64,000 nt of DNA from Eledone cirrhosa. Its lineage: Eukaryota. The notes beneath the pieces were generated by a model. The model ran no database searches. It worked only from the letters and a program-made list of their open reading frames with translations, and had not been told where the DNA came from. Each line of letters opens with the position of its first letter. Positions within the stretch are counted from its first letter, which is position 1. Shown here piece by piece: positions 1 to 11,960 of this stretch. The position numbers and the translations under genes are program-made. The DNA is taken from the NCBI GenBank assembly GCA_964016885.1, contig OZ024740.1, forward strand, positions 73,284,001 to 73,348,000, given 5' to 3'.

Positions 1-332
1 CTGTATGATCTCGTCTCCGATTCTATGTAATATATGTATATGAATGTATATTAATGTTTTACTGTGTTGACCGTCACATTCACTGCCATAGCCTACAGGG
101 ATTGGAATCGAATTCTGTCGATCGATTGGTTATTGATTGAAGGTACCCATTTATGTGTGTTGTATTGAAGCGAATAACTATGTGTCTATTCTGGGATTTT
201 ACATAACAGTACCTATTCAGTAGGCTGAGATGCAACCGGAATTAGAAGTAAAACCCATGCTAGTCCCGTCAACTTATTACACACACAGTGTGTCTGTCTA
301 TCCCCCCCCCTCTCTCTGTGTCTCTCTCTCTT

Positions 333-370
<38 letters not shown>

Positions 371-396
371 ATATACATATATATATACACACACAA

Positions 397-506
<110 letters not shown>

Positions 507-538
507 GGACACGGACAGACAAACAGATAGATAGACAT

Positions 539-611
<73 letters not shown>

Positions 612-616
612 TAGAC

Positions 617-661
<45 letters not shown>

Positions 662-978
662 TATTTCTTTTATTTGCCACTAGGGCATCAAAAGTGGGAC
701 AAGTACAAAGGGGGGAGTTTACACAAAAAGGCGTCCTCAATAAGGAGAAGGCAATAACAAAATATAAAAATAAAATAAGATATAACAAAAAATAAAATTT
801 TTAACAAAATCCTCAATAGAGAGGAGGCGCCTTGGGGGGTCGCACACACCCCCGAAAAAAGTGTGCAACCCTTCTCCTCAGGAGCACAGAGAAGGGGTGC
901 TCCCTTGGTCTTTCATCTTCCTCACCTATAGTCTGATGTAGAGTGAAGGCCCATTCACACGGGCCATTCTCGCCACTT

Positions 979-3900
979 TCACCCATCTTTCATAGAAACG
1001 GCTGGGGTGCAGTACCTCTCTCTCTCCATCCTGATCCTTCTTCCGAAATGATATCGGAAGAAACGGACCAGTTGTTGGCCAGAGAGAAAGGTGCCCGACC
1101 TCAGTCCTTTCAGACGCGTCCACCATACAACCTCTTTCGCCATGGCTATTACGCACAGAAACACCGCCTCTGCTTCATCTTTGAAGGGGGGAGGCGGCTT
1201 GATCATTACAATAGACTCGGTGGTCAACCGGATCGGTCCCACCCTTGACAGCAGTTGTTCGACATAGCCCCACAGATCGGCTACGCCCGAGCAGTGTACT
1301 AATGCGTGTGCAACGGTTTCCTCGTCGCACACGCATCTGGGACAGATCTTTTTGGCGGGGTCCCTACCCGGGCGCCCGTGTCTGTAGAGCCTTTCTCGAA
1401 CGGGTAAAGCCCCTCGGTAGCACTGCCAGGCCAGGGACTTCTGGAAGTTGTCCATAGGTCCCGGGCTGAATGTCCTACCGAACAGGCTGGCCAGTTCGTC
1501 CTCCTCCATGTCTAGGGCTTCTCCGAGGGCGTCGTCGCACCTGCTGCGTACCAGCCCTCTATAGAATGTTGCGGTGGAGTCTCCACTGATAACCGGATCC
1601 GCCTGCCAGAGGGCGGTGAGCGCCTGGGCACACTCAGTGTGCCAGGCGCCCAGTTTTCTCGGTCTTTGCTTGACCCAGGATTGCAGCTCGGTGAGTGAGA
1701 CGAGTCTGGGAAAGGTTCGTCTCACAAACGAGGCCCACACCGGTTGTCCGGTGAGGAATACGTAGAGGTGCCGTAGCCTTAATGCGTGTTTACGCATCAT
1801 TAGCCACGGCATCCCCAGCCCTCCTTTCGAAGGGTGTTGACAGCAGATGGATCTCCTCACCATAGGAGCCCACCTCTTCCAAAGGAATTGGAAGAGCGCG
1901 CGCTCCATCTTGGTGAGGGTTTCCCTTGGGCAGGGCACTACGGTCAGGCGGTAGTAGATGACGGACGCTATGTAGGTGTTCGCCACCTCCGCCCGACCTT
2001 TCAGGGATAGTTTGCAACTGGCCCACTTCTGGGTCAGTGCAAACACCCTGTTCGTAACCTCCGCCCAGTTTTTCTCCACCTGGAGGTCCGGTCCGAACCA
2101 GACCCCGAGCAACTTCACCGGGCCCTCCGTCCAGCGTCCGACGACGCTATCGGAGGGCATCGGTCTGCCCCTCCACGTGCCGAGTTGCAAACCGATCGAC
2201 TTGTCCCGGTTCAGCTTAGCCCCTGTGAAATTTTCGTACTCCTCCAGTAAGGTGCCGACCGCCTCGATTTCGGAGGCCGTCGACACCATTACTGTCACGT
2301 CATCGGCGTAGGCCGACACCGCTTTCCGCAATCCCGGTTCCAAAGGGATGCCCTGCAACAACTCCAACTTCCGCAGTAGTGGCTCGAGAGTCAACACATA
2401 CAGAAGGGAGGAGAGAGGGCACCCTTGTCGGATGGACCGCGCGATTTTGAACGGCTCCGAGAGGTAGCCGTTCACCTTGACCCTAGAGCAGATGCGGCTG
2501 CTGTGCATAGCAGTGATCCAGCCCCTGAAAACGGGTCCGAAGCCTGCCGCCGCTAGCACCGCATCCAGGTAACCATGGTCGACCCTATCGAACGCCTTAG
2601 ATTGATCCAAGTTGATCAGAGCCCCACCAAAGCCGGGTTCGTTCCCAACCCTCTCTATGATGTATCGCATGAGGTGGAGGTTGTCATGGATGGACCTGGA
2701 CAGGATAGCGCATGTCTGCGCATCTCCCACCAGGTTGCCCACGACAAGCGCCAACCTCTTTGCTAGCACCTTGGCCAAAATCTGTAACTCTGTATTTAGC
2801 AGTGTTATGGGCCTGAAGTTACTTATTTCGTCCCCCTTGTTCTCGTCCTTCCTCACTAGCGTGACTACGCCCTTGGTCACAGTACAGGGAATTCTCCCGT
2901 TCTGTTGCCAGTTGCAGTAGACCGCCTCGAGGAGATCGGGGAACAAGTCCGGCATAGCTAGATATAATTCGTAAGGAAGACCATCGAGACCCGGGGATTT
3001 GCGTTTGCCGCATTGGCTCAGCACGTCCTCTATCTCAGCGGCCGAAATCGGCTCCTCGCAGGACTTCGCCTCCCTGTCCGAGAGGCGCGGCAGGCCGTCG
3101 AGGTATGGACCGAAGTCCACGTTCCCAACCGGCTCCCCGCCCCTCCCGAACAGTCGGGCAAAGTGCCTTTGAAAGGCCTCACACATCTGCTTAGGCTCAA
3201 GAATCGCCCGTCCATCCAGGTCTCGCAAAGACCGGATGGTGGATTTAGTTCCACTGTTGGCCTCTGTCACGCGGGCCCAGCTAACAGCTTTGGTCCCCTC
3301 GTTCCCTAGAGCACGTATTTTACTTCGGACAACGCAGCCTTCGTGCTTCGCGTCGAAAAACTGGCTCAAAGCCGTTCTCGACGCTAGCACTCTGGCCACG
3401 TCGCCGCTTCTAATTGCCTCTTCTACTCTATCTATTAGCTCCCTTTCCTTCCTATTCCTATCCGCAGCTAGAACCTTACTAAATTCTATCGAGACTACTC
3501 TAATTTCTCTCTTTAGAGATACCCACCACCTGCTGTTGACGATCGCTCCAGTCAACCGTTCCTTAACTAACGTACTAATCCGATTCCTGTAGGCTCTACT
3601 TGCCGGCAAGGACAAGTTGAGCTTCCAGTAACCGGGGCCCTGTCTATGAGTTCTGTCAAGGTTGACCATGCAGGTCACTAATTTGTGGTCTGAATAGCCA
3701 ACAATGCGCATTTTTGGACAACTTAAAAAGTCCTTATCCTTAATTCTAACTAAGAACCTATCTAGGTACGACCTAGATGATCCGCTACGATTTGCCCAAG
3801 TCCAGGTTGGCGCAGTCGGAAAATCTAGTCGATATCTATCGGCCAGGTCAAATCGACCGATTAACCCTTTGAGGCTATTACACCCCTCTCTATCGGGGCA

Positions 3901-4389
3901 GGCCCCTACGTAGTCCCAGCGTGCATCTAGGATACCATTCCAGTCCCCCACTAATAGCAAGGAGCGGGACGTCCCTAGAAAAGTCTCCAGACGATGGTAG
4001 ATGTCCGGCCGCATTGACCCGAAAGGGCCGTAGACGGCTACCAACCTAAACGCTCCGCCTTTACCACTGCCAAGGTCCAGAACCACTAGTCGACCCTCCG
4101 GGTCCAAATGTACCATCTGTGTTGCGAGACGCAGATGTTTTTGCAGCAGAACGACAACTCCACCCCCACCTCCGGGCTGACAGAGAGATGCGTGCATCTC
4201 AAAGTCATCAAAGGTGGGGGCCAGCTGTCGCACGTTGCTGATCCGGGCCTCGCAAATAACCATCACATCTATACGTTGTGACCTGAGGTCATTTAGAAGC
4301 ATTGCTTGCTTCCAAGTTGAGCCCAGGCCACGCGCATTTAAACAGCCTACTCTTAGCATAGCCATGTTGGTGGTGAAGAGAAAAGGCAC
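979..4389 (-). CDS. Tx1 ORF2: APE endonuclease + reverse transcriptase + CCHC finger (first ATG at 4365; 2-bp slip near the C-terminus)
   Basis: APE motifs VGCLNARGL, GDWNG, YLDRF, YSDH; GPGYWKLN linker; RT motifs KSPGLDG, FRPITLLN, DQSKAFDRV, RQGCPLS, AYADD; finger CPRC..EETVAHALVHC. The sister copy shows the native end MEREVLHPS...YIRL (stop at 926). Confidence 0.93.
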   Translation of the reverse strand: MPFLFTTNMAMLRVGCLNARGLGSTWKQAMLLNDLRSQRIDVMVICEARISNVRQLAPTFDDFEMHASLCQPGGGGGVVVLLQKHLRLATQMVHLDPEGRLVVLDLGSGKGGAFRLVAVYGPFGSMRPDIYHRLETFLGTSRSLLLVGDWNGILDARWDYVGACPDREGCNSLKGLIGRFDLADRYRLDFPTAPTWTWANRSGSSRSYLDRFLVRIKDKDFLSCPKMRIVGYSDHKLVTCMVNLDRTHRQGPGYWKLNLSLPASRAYRNRISTLVKERLTGAIVNSRWWVSLKREIRVVSIEFSKVLAADRNRKERELIDRVEEAIRSGDVARVLASRTALSQFFDAKHEGCVVRSKIRALGNEGTKAVSWARVTEANSGTKSTIRSLRDLDGRAILEPKQMCEAFQRHFARLFGRGGEPVGNVDFGPYLDGLPRLSDREAKSCEEPISAAEIEDVLSQCGKRKSPGLDGLPYELYLAMPDLFPDLLEAVYCNWQQNGRIPCTVTKGVVTLVRKDENKGDEISNFRPITLLNTELQILAKVLAKRLALVVGNLVGDAQTCAILSRSIHDNLHLMRYIIERVGNEPGFGGALINLDQSKAFDRVDHGYLDAVLAAAGFGPVFRGWITAMHSSRICSRVKVNGYLSEPFKIARSIRQGCPLSSLLYVLTLEPLLRKLELLQGIPLEPGLRKAVSAYADDVTVMVSTASEIEAVGTLLEEYENFTGAKLNRDKSIGLQLGTWRGRPMPSDSVVGRWTEGPVKLLGVWFGPDLQVEKNWAEVTNRVFALTQKWASCKLSLKGRAEVANTYIASVIYYRLTVVPCPRETLTKMERALFQFLWKRWAPMVRRSICCQHPSKGGLGMPWLMMRKHALRLRHLYVFLTGQPVWASFVRRTFPRLVSLTELQSWVKQRPRKLGAWHTECAQALTALWQADPVISGDSTATFYRGLVRSRCDDALGEALDMEEDELASLFGRTFSPGPMDNFQKSLAWQCYRGALPVRERLYRHGRPGRDPAKKICPRCVCDEETVAHALVHCSGVADLWGYVEQLLSRVGPIRLTTESIVMIKPPPPFKDEAEAVFLCVIAMAKEVVWWTRLKGLRSGTFLSGQQLVRFFRYHFGRRIRMERERYCTPAVSMKDG

Positions 4390-6177
4390 TTACCTCTCTG
4401 CGTCCCGGGTATCGGGCTGCACAATTTCCATTAGGGTGGGGGATGGGTTGTTGGGTGGGGTGGTGGTTTGTGGAAGTGTGGGGGCATCAGTGTGTTGTGT
4501 GGTTGGGGAGCTTGGAGTTGTGAGGGTGTTTGGGGAGGGGGTGGGATAGTTTTTTAGGAGGACGCGGTTAATGGGCCCGACGCAGGGGGGACCCACGTCC
4601 TCTTTAAAATTGTTTTTTAAAGTTTTATAGGTGTCCTGTGGGGCCTTAATCATTTTGAGGTGGGGGAAATCCCCTGCCTGGGTGAAGTTAGGCCCTTGTG
4701 TTTTTATTAGATTGTTGTTGTACACAATGTTTAACAGTTTTTTGTTTCTTGTATTTATGTATGTGTATGCATGTTTTTGTTTTTGTGTGGTGTTTTTTGT
4801 TTGCTGTTGTGAGCTCTTTTGTGTTGGTGTCAGTGTTATGTTTTGGGGAGGGGTTTTTTTCATTTGTGTGTCTGAGGTGTGTTTTCTTTTTTTTCTTTTG
4901 ATTGTGTGGAAGTGCTCCTCCTCGTCTGACGACGAACTAGGGTCATCTTCCGCGTTGGAGGGGAGGGGTATATTTTCGGGTTGTGTTTGCGGTACGGGTG
5001 TTTTGGAAATTGTTTTTGTTTTTTGAGTGGAGGGGATGGGTTGGACATTGTTTTGTTTTGGTTTGAGCTGTGGTGGTTGTTTTTGTAGTGGTAGTTGTGG
5101 TGATTGTGTTGGTTGTGCAGTTGTTGGTGGTGTAGGCAGGATTGGGGTTTTCTTATTAAGTTGGGGACAGACAGCCCTCAGGTGACCTCTGGTTCCGCAG
5201 AGGTAACACGAGGGCCGTCTACCCTCAACGGTAATGTTGATGAAGGTTAGATCATCCAGTATGACGCGTTCAGGGATCTGGGCGATCCTTTCGGGCCTCA
5301 TTTGAACTACAAGTTCGAGGCTCGTTCCACTGAACGCGTCACCCGATGCCTTTCCCATGGACACCAGCATGTCATCCTCCAGGTCCAGAAAACCTGTCAA
5401 AACCCACCATATGTCCATAATCGGCAGGATGGTGTGGATTTTTATTTTTTGTGTTCTTCTACCCATGTACGTAGGGTAGAAGGTGTATGCGGTGGATGTG
5501 ATTGGTTTAATGGACAGTTTCACTGCTGTGTCCCTGTCCTTCATGAGAATGGATAGACTCCCGTAGAGTCTATCCTTCTGAATGAAGGTGATGTCCTTCA
5601 TGACGTCTTTTAAAACCAGCTCTATCTCGCTCTGTGATGGTTGAGCTGGTTTTTTACTTTTGTTCGAGATTGTCCTAAACATGACCGTGTTTAGGAGTCT
5701 CTGGCTTTTTAGTTCCGGGGGGGAATGGATTGTGAATGAACCATTTTCCCCGTACACTATATATTTTTTCGCATCCGCCAGTAGCTCCTTCGCTTTTGTT
5801 ATATCTACTGGCAGATAGTCGAGGGTTTTCCTTGTCGTCTCGGCGAAGGAGAAATTTTGTTTGTTTGTGTTGTTGTTGTCGTTGGTGGTGTTGTTGTTAT
5901 CATTGTTGTTGTTGTCACCGTTATTGGTCTTGTTGTTGTTATTGTTATTGTTATTGGTGTTGCTTTCGTCCGTCGCATTGTTGTTGTTGTTGCTGTTGCT
6001 GCTGGTTCTTTGGGTTGTTGCCATGGCAACGTCAAGTTGTCGGTTAACAGGTAGAGAGAATTCTTCCTCTGGCTGACCTATCTTCTTGACCTCTGCTACT
6101 GTGACAGTGGCAGGGGGAAGCTGTAAGTTCATCTTCCCCTTTCCTCCTTCGAATTTTGGTGAAGAAGCTTCGGCCAT
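4390..6177 (-). CDS. Tx1 ORF1 (gag-like nucleic-acid-binding protein), 595 aa
   Basis: Uninterrupted ORF with an Asn-rich N-terminal tract, the motif 'VEGRRPSCYLCGTRGHLRAVC' (CX2CX4HX4C knuckle) and a Pro/Thr/Gln-rich C-terminal region; lies directly upstream of ORF2. Confidence 0.88.
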   Translation of the reverse strand: MAEASSPKFEGGKGKMNLQLPPATVTVAEVKKIGQPEEEFSLPVNRQLDVAMATTQRTSSNSNNNNNATDESNTNNNNNNNNKTNNGDNNNNDNNNTTNDNNNTNKQNFSFAETTRKTLDYLPVDITKAKELLADAKKYIVYGENGSFTIHSPPELKSQRLLNTVMFRTISNKSKKPAQPSQSEIELVLKDVMKDITFIQKDRLYGSLSILMKDRDTAVKLSIKPITSTAYTFYPTYMGRRTQKIKIHTILPIMDIWWVLTGFLDLEDDMLVSMGKASGDAFSGTSLELVVQMRPERIAQIPERVILDDLTFINITVEGRRPSCYLCGTRGHLRAVCPQLNKKTPILPTPPTTAQPTQSPQLPLQKQPPQLKPKQNNVQPIPSTQKTKTISKTPVPQTQPENIPLPSNAEDDPSSSSDEEEHFHTIKRKKRKHTSDTQMKKTPPQNITLTPTQKSSQQQTKNTTQKQKHAYTYINTRNKKLLNIVYNNNLIKTQGPNFTQAGDFPHLKMIKAPQDTYKTLKNNFKEDVGPPCVGPINRVLLKNYPTPSPNTLTTPSSPTTQHTDAPTLPQTTTPPNNPSPTLMEIVQPDTRDAER

Positions 6178-6403
6178 TTAAAAAAATATTGACTTTTCAA
6201 CAAGAAAAAACTTTTTTTTTTTTAACTATTTCGCCTAAAGGCGTAGAATATTTTGAGAGACTGACCAGATCAAAGTTTGACCTGGCAGTCCCTCTACAAA
6301 ATGGTACAAAAATTAAAGTTATCAGACAAGAATTTCTATAGAAATTTAAACAGAACTTACTCAGCAAGTTATACGCGTGTGTCCATCCCAGAGATGTATG
6401 TAT

Positions 6404-6432
<29 letters not shown>

Positions 6433-6434
<2 letters not shown>

Positions 6435-7195
6435 TGTTTCTTTTATTTGCCACTAGGGCATCAAAAGTGGGACAAGTACAAAGGGGGGAGTTTACACAAA
6501 AAGGCGTCCTCAATAAGGAGGAGGCAATAACAAAATATAAAAGTAAAATAAGATATAACAAAAAATAAAATTTATAACAAAATCCTCAATAGATAGGAGG
6601 CGCCTTGGAGGGTCGCACACACCCCCGAAAAAAGTGTGCAACCCTTCTCCTCAGGAGCACAGAGAAGGGGTGCTCCCTTGGTCTTTCATCTTCCTCACCT
6701 ATAGTCTGATGTAGAGTGAAGGCCCATTCACACAGGCCATTCTCGCCACTTTCACCCATCTTTCATAGAAACGGCTGGGGTGCAGCACCTCTCTCTCCAT
6801 CCTGATCCTTCTTCCGAAATGATATCGGAAGAAACGGACCAGTTGTTGGCCAGAGAGAAAGGTGCCTGACCTCAGTCCTTTCAGACGCGTCCACCATACA
6901 ACCTCTTTCGCCATGGCTATTACGCACAGAAACACCGCCTCTGCTTCATCTTTGAAGGGGGGAGGCGGCTTGATCATTACAATAGACTCGGTGGTCAACC
7001 GGATCGGTCCCACCCTTGACAGCAGTTGTTCGACATAGCCCCACAGATCGGCTACGCCCGAGCAGTGTACCAATGCGTGTGCAACGGTTTCCTCGTCGCA
7101 CATGCATCTGGGACAGATCTTTTTGGCGGGGTCCCTACCCGGGCGCCCGTGTCTGTAGAGCTTTTCTCGAACGGGTAAAGCCCCTCGGTAGCACT

Positions 7196-7196
<1 letters not shown>
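6433..7196 (-). mobile_element. 5'-truncated 3' fragment of Tx1 family A
   Basis: Near-identical to 661-1426 (few substitutions, one 2-bp indel); bracketed by (GATA)n at ~6405-6432 and 7196-7262. Confidence 0.93.
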
Positions 7197-7262
<66 letters not shown>

Positions 7263-7333
7263 GACTGCTTTGTTAGTTAATGAATGCTATGCATGGTCGC
7301 TATTGTTTATATATATATAATTATGTGTGTGTG

Positions 7334-7383
<50 letters not shown>

Positions 7384-7833
7384 CATATACATATACATAT
7401 ATATACACATATACATACATATAAGGATGATAAGGATGTATGAATTTACTGAAGCAAAATTGAAAGAGTAAATAACGAGAATTGCTTGACAAAACATTGA
7501 TGTCATCAAGAATTTCGAGAAGTATTGGACTTAGAAAGCAAGAAAGAATCAAACAATAAAAACAAATATACGCACATATAAGACAAAAAAACAACATTAG
7601 AAGAGAATTGAAACATAGCAAACACCCACCCACCAAACCCTACCCCATTATCCACCACTAAAAAAAGAGGAACAGAAGACCAATAAAACAAGTAAAATAT
7701 CTGCTGAAGTTTGGCAGAAGTGTTTCAGGCGATTTTTTTCCTTATTATTATTCACATTGAGTTGGTTTAACGTTTTAGGATGAAATTTCCTTTGTTGATT
7801 GTCAAAAAGTGACCGTAATTGTGGATTATATAT

Positions 7834-7907
<74 letters not shown>

Positions 7908-8123
7908 TTATTTATTTATTTATTTATTTATACATATAAAACATTATATATATACATATTTATATATACACATAAATATATACGCATAAATATATACACA
8001 TAATGTTTTATATTTATATATATATACATATATATATATATTGCTTTATATGTGTATATATGTAAATAAATATATACATATATATACATATATATATATA
8101 TATATACATACACACACACACGC

Positions 8124-8158
<35 letters not shown>

Positions 8159-8446
8159 TGTATGTATGTATGTATTCAAAAAGCATTATGTGTATATATA
8201 CATATATATATATATATACATACACACACACATGCATATATATATATATGTATGTATGTATTCAAAAAGCATTATGTGTATATATATAAACATTTTTATT
8301 TTGTTATACTTTAAGGGCACTAACTTGGAATATTAGAACAAATAATGTATATAAATAGCCACACATATATATGCATGTCTGTGTGCACATACGCGTGTTT
8401 GTGTGTGTATGCATGTATGTAAGCACGTATGTATGTATGTATATTA

Positions 8447-9377
8447 TCTCTTTCTCTTAATTTCGAGTATATTTTTTTGACCGGCCACCTTCCTGGTGGC
8501 AAGGTTGTAAAAGAAAAGAAATTGTCATCCCTTGAATCGCAAATTTTGCAAATTTTGAAGGTGCCAGCTATCGCAGCCATTTGTAGACTATGAATTAGGG
8601 AGCCGCGCTCTTTGTCCGCAAATCCAAGTTCAGTCATACTTTGGTTCAAGCGGGTTGGTATATAACCCGTAGCTCCAATAATGATGGGTATGAAGCTAAA
8701 GGTGTATCTTGGATACTGGATTTGTAAACTCCTCATCAATGGTCCGTAGATGTCCTCCTTCTGTATTTTTCTGACAACGTTTACATCAAGTGGGCAGCTG
8801 ATCTCCACAACAGAACACGTTTTCAATGTGTGGTCCCAAACAACAATAACAGGCCGGTTGTGCTTTAATTTGGTGGCAGTTTTTATTTTCAGGTTCCACC
8901 AGTATTCCTTAGTGCCATCTGTCTCAATATATTCTTCCTCGTTTGTTGTTAATTTTGTTTTCCGAAGTGCGTTCCAGATGGTTCTAGCTATCCCATCGTG
9001 TCTCATGGGGAGGTAGTAGCGAGATGACATTCTTTCGCAGCTGGCAACAGTGTGGCTTACATCTTCAATCTTTGTTTTACATAGCCTACTTTTATTGTCA
9101 GCTGATGGCCCTCCCCTTTTGTGCAGCAGATATTTAGTAGGGAGTTCTTGTTCCTGTATTGCATAGAGATATCCCTCAAGGTGTGATGTCATAAACCTGT
9201 CGGAACTCCATGCCAGGCTTTTTGAGTGGTATATCCCCTCTATGGTCTGTGTTTTACGCCTCAAGTATCCATACACAATTTTTTCTGTAAATTGGTCAAT
9301 TTTTTCATCTTGTTTGAACATTGAATAGGATCTTTCAATTTTTCTGGGTGAGAGATTTATATCAGGCTTTATTCCTT
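8447..9377 (-). mobile_element. 5'-truncated R4/Dong-like (RLE) LINE fragment
   Basis: ORF 8320-9321 has EGYLYAIQEQELPT, a decayed CCHC finger (SRLC..EDVSHTVASC), RHD, and HNRP.IVVWD..VEISCP..K..Y of the restriction-like endonuclease. Both flanks are (TATG)n. Confidence 0.82.
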
Positions 9378-9522
9378 GTATGTATGTATGTATGTATGTA
9401 TGTATGTATGTATGTATGTATGTATGTATGTATGTATGTATGTATGTATGTGTGTATGTATGTATGTATGTATGTATGTATTTCTATGCAAGTATTTATG
9501 TGTATGTAAGTATATATATAAC

Positions 9523-9631
9523 GGCGGTGGGTTGACATAATCGTTAGTGTGTTGAATGGAATGTAGTGTAGTATTTCGTTACGGCACTCTCTGTTCTGAT
9601 TTCAAACCCAGCCGAGGTCAGTCTTGCCTTT

Positions 9632-9633
<2 letters not shown>
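9523..9633 (+). mobile_element. tRNA-derived SINE, 5' part
   Basis: ggcggtgggttgacataatcgttag head and ...ttcaaacccagccgaggtcagtcttgcctttca; homologous to other SINE copies in the window. Confidence 0.65.
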
Positions 9634-9678
<45 letters not shown>

Positions 9679-9682
<4 letters not shown>

Positions 9683-9787
9683 TCATGTAATAAACAACGT
9701 CTGATCAACGTTTCTATTAGAATCGTCTAACTTCGCGAAACCTTGGGTAATGGAATAATTATATTGTGTTGTTTATTACATAATTAA
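9679..9787 (+). repeat. Short fold-back element with a decayed hammerhead core
   Basis: 20-bp inverted arms 9679-9698 / 9768-9787 enclose ctgatca...gaaaccttgggta; adjacent to (TA)n. Confidence 0.5.
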
Positions 9788-9997
9788 ATAGCTCTGTTCT
9801 ATACATAGAGCACTCTTCTTTCCTTTACCTTTTCCACGGAAATACTTAACATATATTTCATCATCATCATCATCATTTTAATGTCCGCTTTTCCCTGCTT
9901 GCAAGGGTTGGACGGGTTCTATTCAGCACAACAGCATCTCTCCACATATATATATATGTGTGTGTGTATGTATATATATATATACATATATATATAA

Positions 9998-10058
<61 letters not shown>

Positions 10059-10683
10059 TGAAAAATAGCGTGCTGCATTGTTGCGAACATGAATATATGA
10101 ATAAAAATAGACAAGGGTTAAAATGTCCTCTTCAGTAGTCTTCTGATTTATCGTTGATATTTCGACGCATTAAAGACTAGATACCTAAAATCAGTGCGAG
10201 CGATAACTCAATTAAGTTATCGGGACAGTGGGAAAACGGAGGGAAGAAAACACTGGCCAGCCGTAGGTGTGAGCCCCGCGAGTTGGAGTGGCTTTTCCAG
10301 CTCGTCTCCCTTGCCGTCCTCCGAGGAAACGCCTTCTCCATTCTGTCCCCCGGGGCTGTGGGTGGGCCCCATCGCATACCATTACATTAGTTAAATACCG
10401 TTAATTTGCAGCAGTGAATAACTGAAAATTATTTAAAAATCACAAACAGACCTATTATATTAATACATGGTGGTATGCAACGAAAAGAGAGGAAAAATAG
10501 AGACAAGTCAAGGAATGACGTGGGCATAAGCCCGACATATCAAATTGACGAGGAGAAATAGACACGTCCGAGCTGCGAGAAGATTGAGAGAGGAAAGAAA
10601 TTCAAGCAGGTCAGACGAGAGGAAATGAGAGGAGGAGAAGCAGAGAGGGAGTGAGTGAAAGTGAGAGGAACGACCAACCGAGA

Positions 10684-10753
<70 letters not shown>

Positions 10754-11649
10754 AAATGTGCGTGTGTGTGGTGTGTGTACGCGAATCTTTTTTTCCATTT
10801 TTGATCTCGTAATTCATGATGCATGTGTAGGGACGCCGCAGTGGTGGCCATTTTGAAGCCTGGCGGAGCGCATCTCCTCACTAGGTCTGAACACACCAGA
10901 TTTCTTCCGGACCGATGAAGAGTGAAGCATGGTTGAGTTGATAGGAAGTTCACTTCACAATCCTGATGTCCAGAGTTCGATCCCACTACATAGTTTATTG
11001 GGAACATGTTATTTTGTTTTTTTGCTATAGTTTCGTGTCGTCCCTAATTCTGAGTGTGAATTTAGATAGAAGAAAACTGTGTGAAAGCCCGTGGAATAGA
11101 TGCTACCTGCAATTCAAATGTTAATCCATATCACATATTATGTCACGTTGATTCTACTCAAGATTTACCTTAAGGGTACTCCTTCCTGTGGAATATACTA
11201 CCACATATACGTTAATTCAAGTGTCGGGCATTCAGTTGCTTGAACGACTAAATGCTCATCGTCGAAATCGACAGAAGACCTCTCATCACCACACGCGTTT
11301 TCACACACACACATTTACCCTCAAACACACATATGCGCACATACACACACACATACAAGCGCACACCCACATATGCGCATGCACACACCAATACACGCAC
11401 ACACACCAGTATACACACACAAACGCACACACACACATACAAGCACACACACATATACACGCACGCACACATGTAACAATACACGCACACCCAGATATTT
11501 AGCTGCTACTTGAATCCAGTCAAGTAACTACTTATAAAACTTCCTGGTTGGTTCATCAGGACCTTTTTATTCGAAGATTTTGATCATCTAATAAATTTCT
11601 CTATGTAATTTGGGGATACGGGGAAATCCCTTCTAGAGAAAAACCTCAT

Positions 11650-11960
11650 TGACAAAATTCCCACCAGACAAAATCTCCACTGGTCAAAATCCCATAAGTC
11701 CAAACCGCTAGGACAATAACCCTCTTGACAAAATCCTGTCGATAAAATCTCCACCCGATAAAAACACCATTGGACAAACCCTAAGACAAAAACCCCATTG
11801 GTCAAAACTCCTAGGACAATAACCCTATTGGACAAAACCACTTGGACAAAAACCCCTTTGCACAAAAGCCCTAGGACAAAAACCCTATTGGACAAAACCC
11901 AAAGGACAAAAAATTTATTAGACAAAACCCCTGGAACAAAACCCCATTAGACAACACCCC
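11650..11960. repeat. Minisatellite, ~20-bp unit (ggacaaaaaccccatt-like)
   Basis: About 15 degenerate copies of gacaaaa(a/t)ccc(c/t)a. Confidence 0.8.

Larger units (their letters stand above)
661..6396 (-). mobile_element. Full-length Tx1-clade (L1 group) non-LTR retrotransposon, family A
   Basis: Two long ORFs (ORF1 with a CCHC knuckle; ORF2 with APE, RT and a C-terminal zinc finger), a ~220-bp 5'UTR and a ~265-bp 3'UTR with AATAAA, ending in an (ATCT)n tail. (GATA)n lies on both flanks. Confidence 0.93.

Noticed and set aside
4365-4392. ORF1-ORF2 stop-codon readthrough (the ORFs are in frame, separated by one TAA)
   Set aside because: ORF2 has its own ATG 24 nt downstream, and in family B the spacer is 29 nt (out of frame), so the phase is not conserved.
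661-7196. LTR retrotransposon suggested by 760-bp terminal direct repeats
   Set aside because: The repeats are the LINE 3' end including ORF2 coding sequence. There is no TG..CA, PBS, protease or integrase, and the enzyme is APE-RT.
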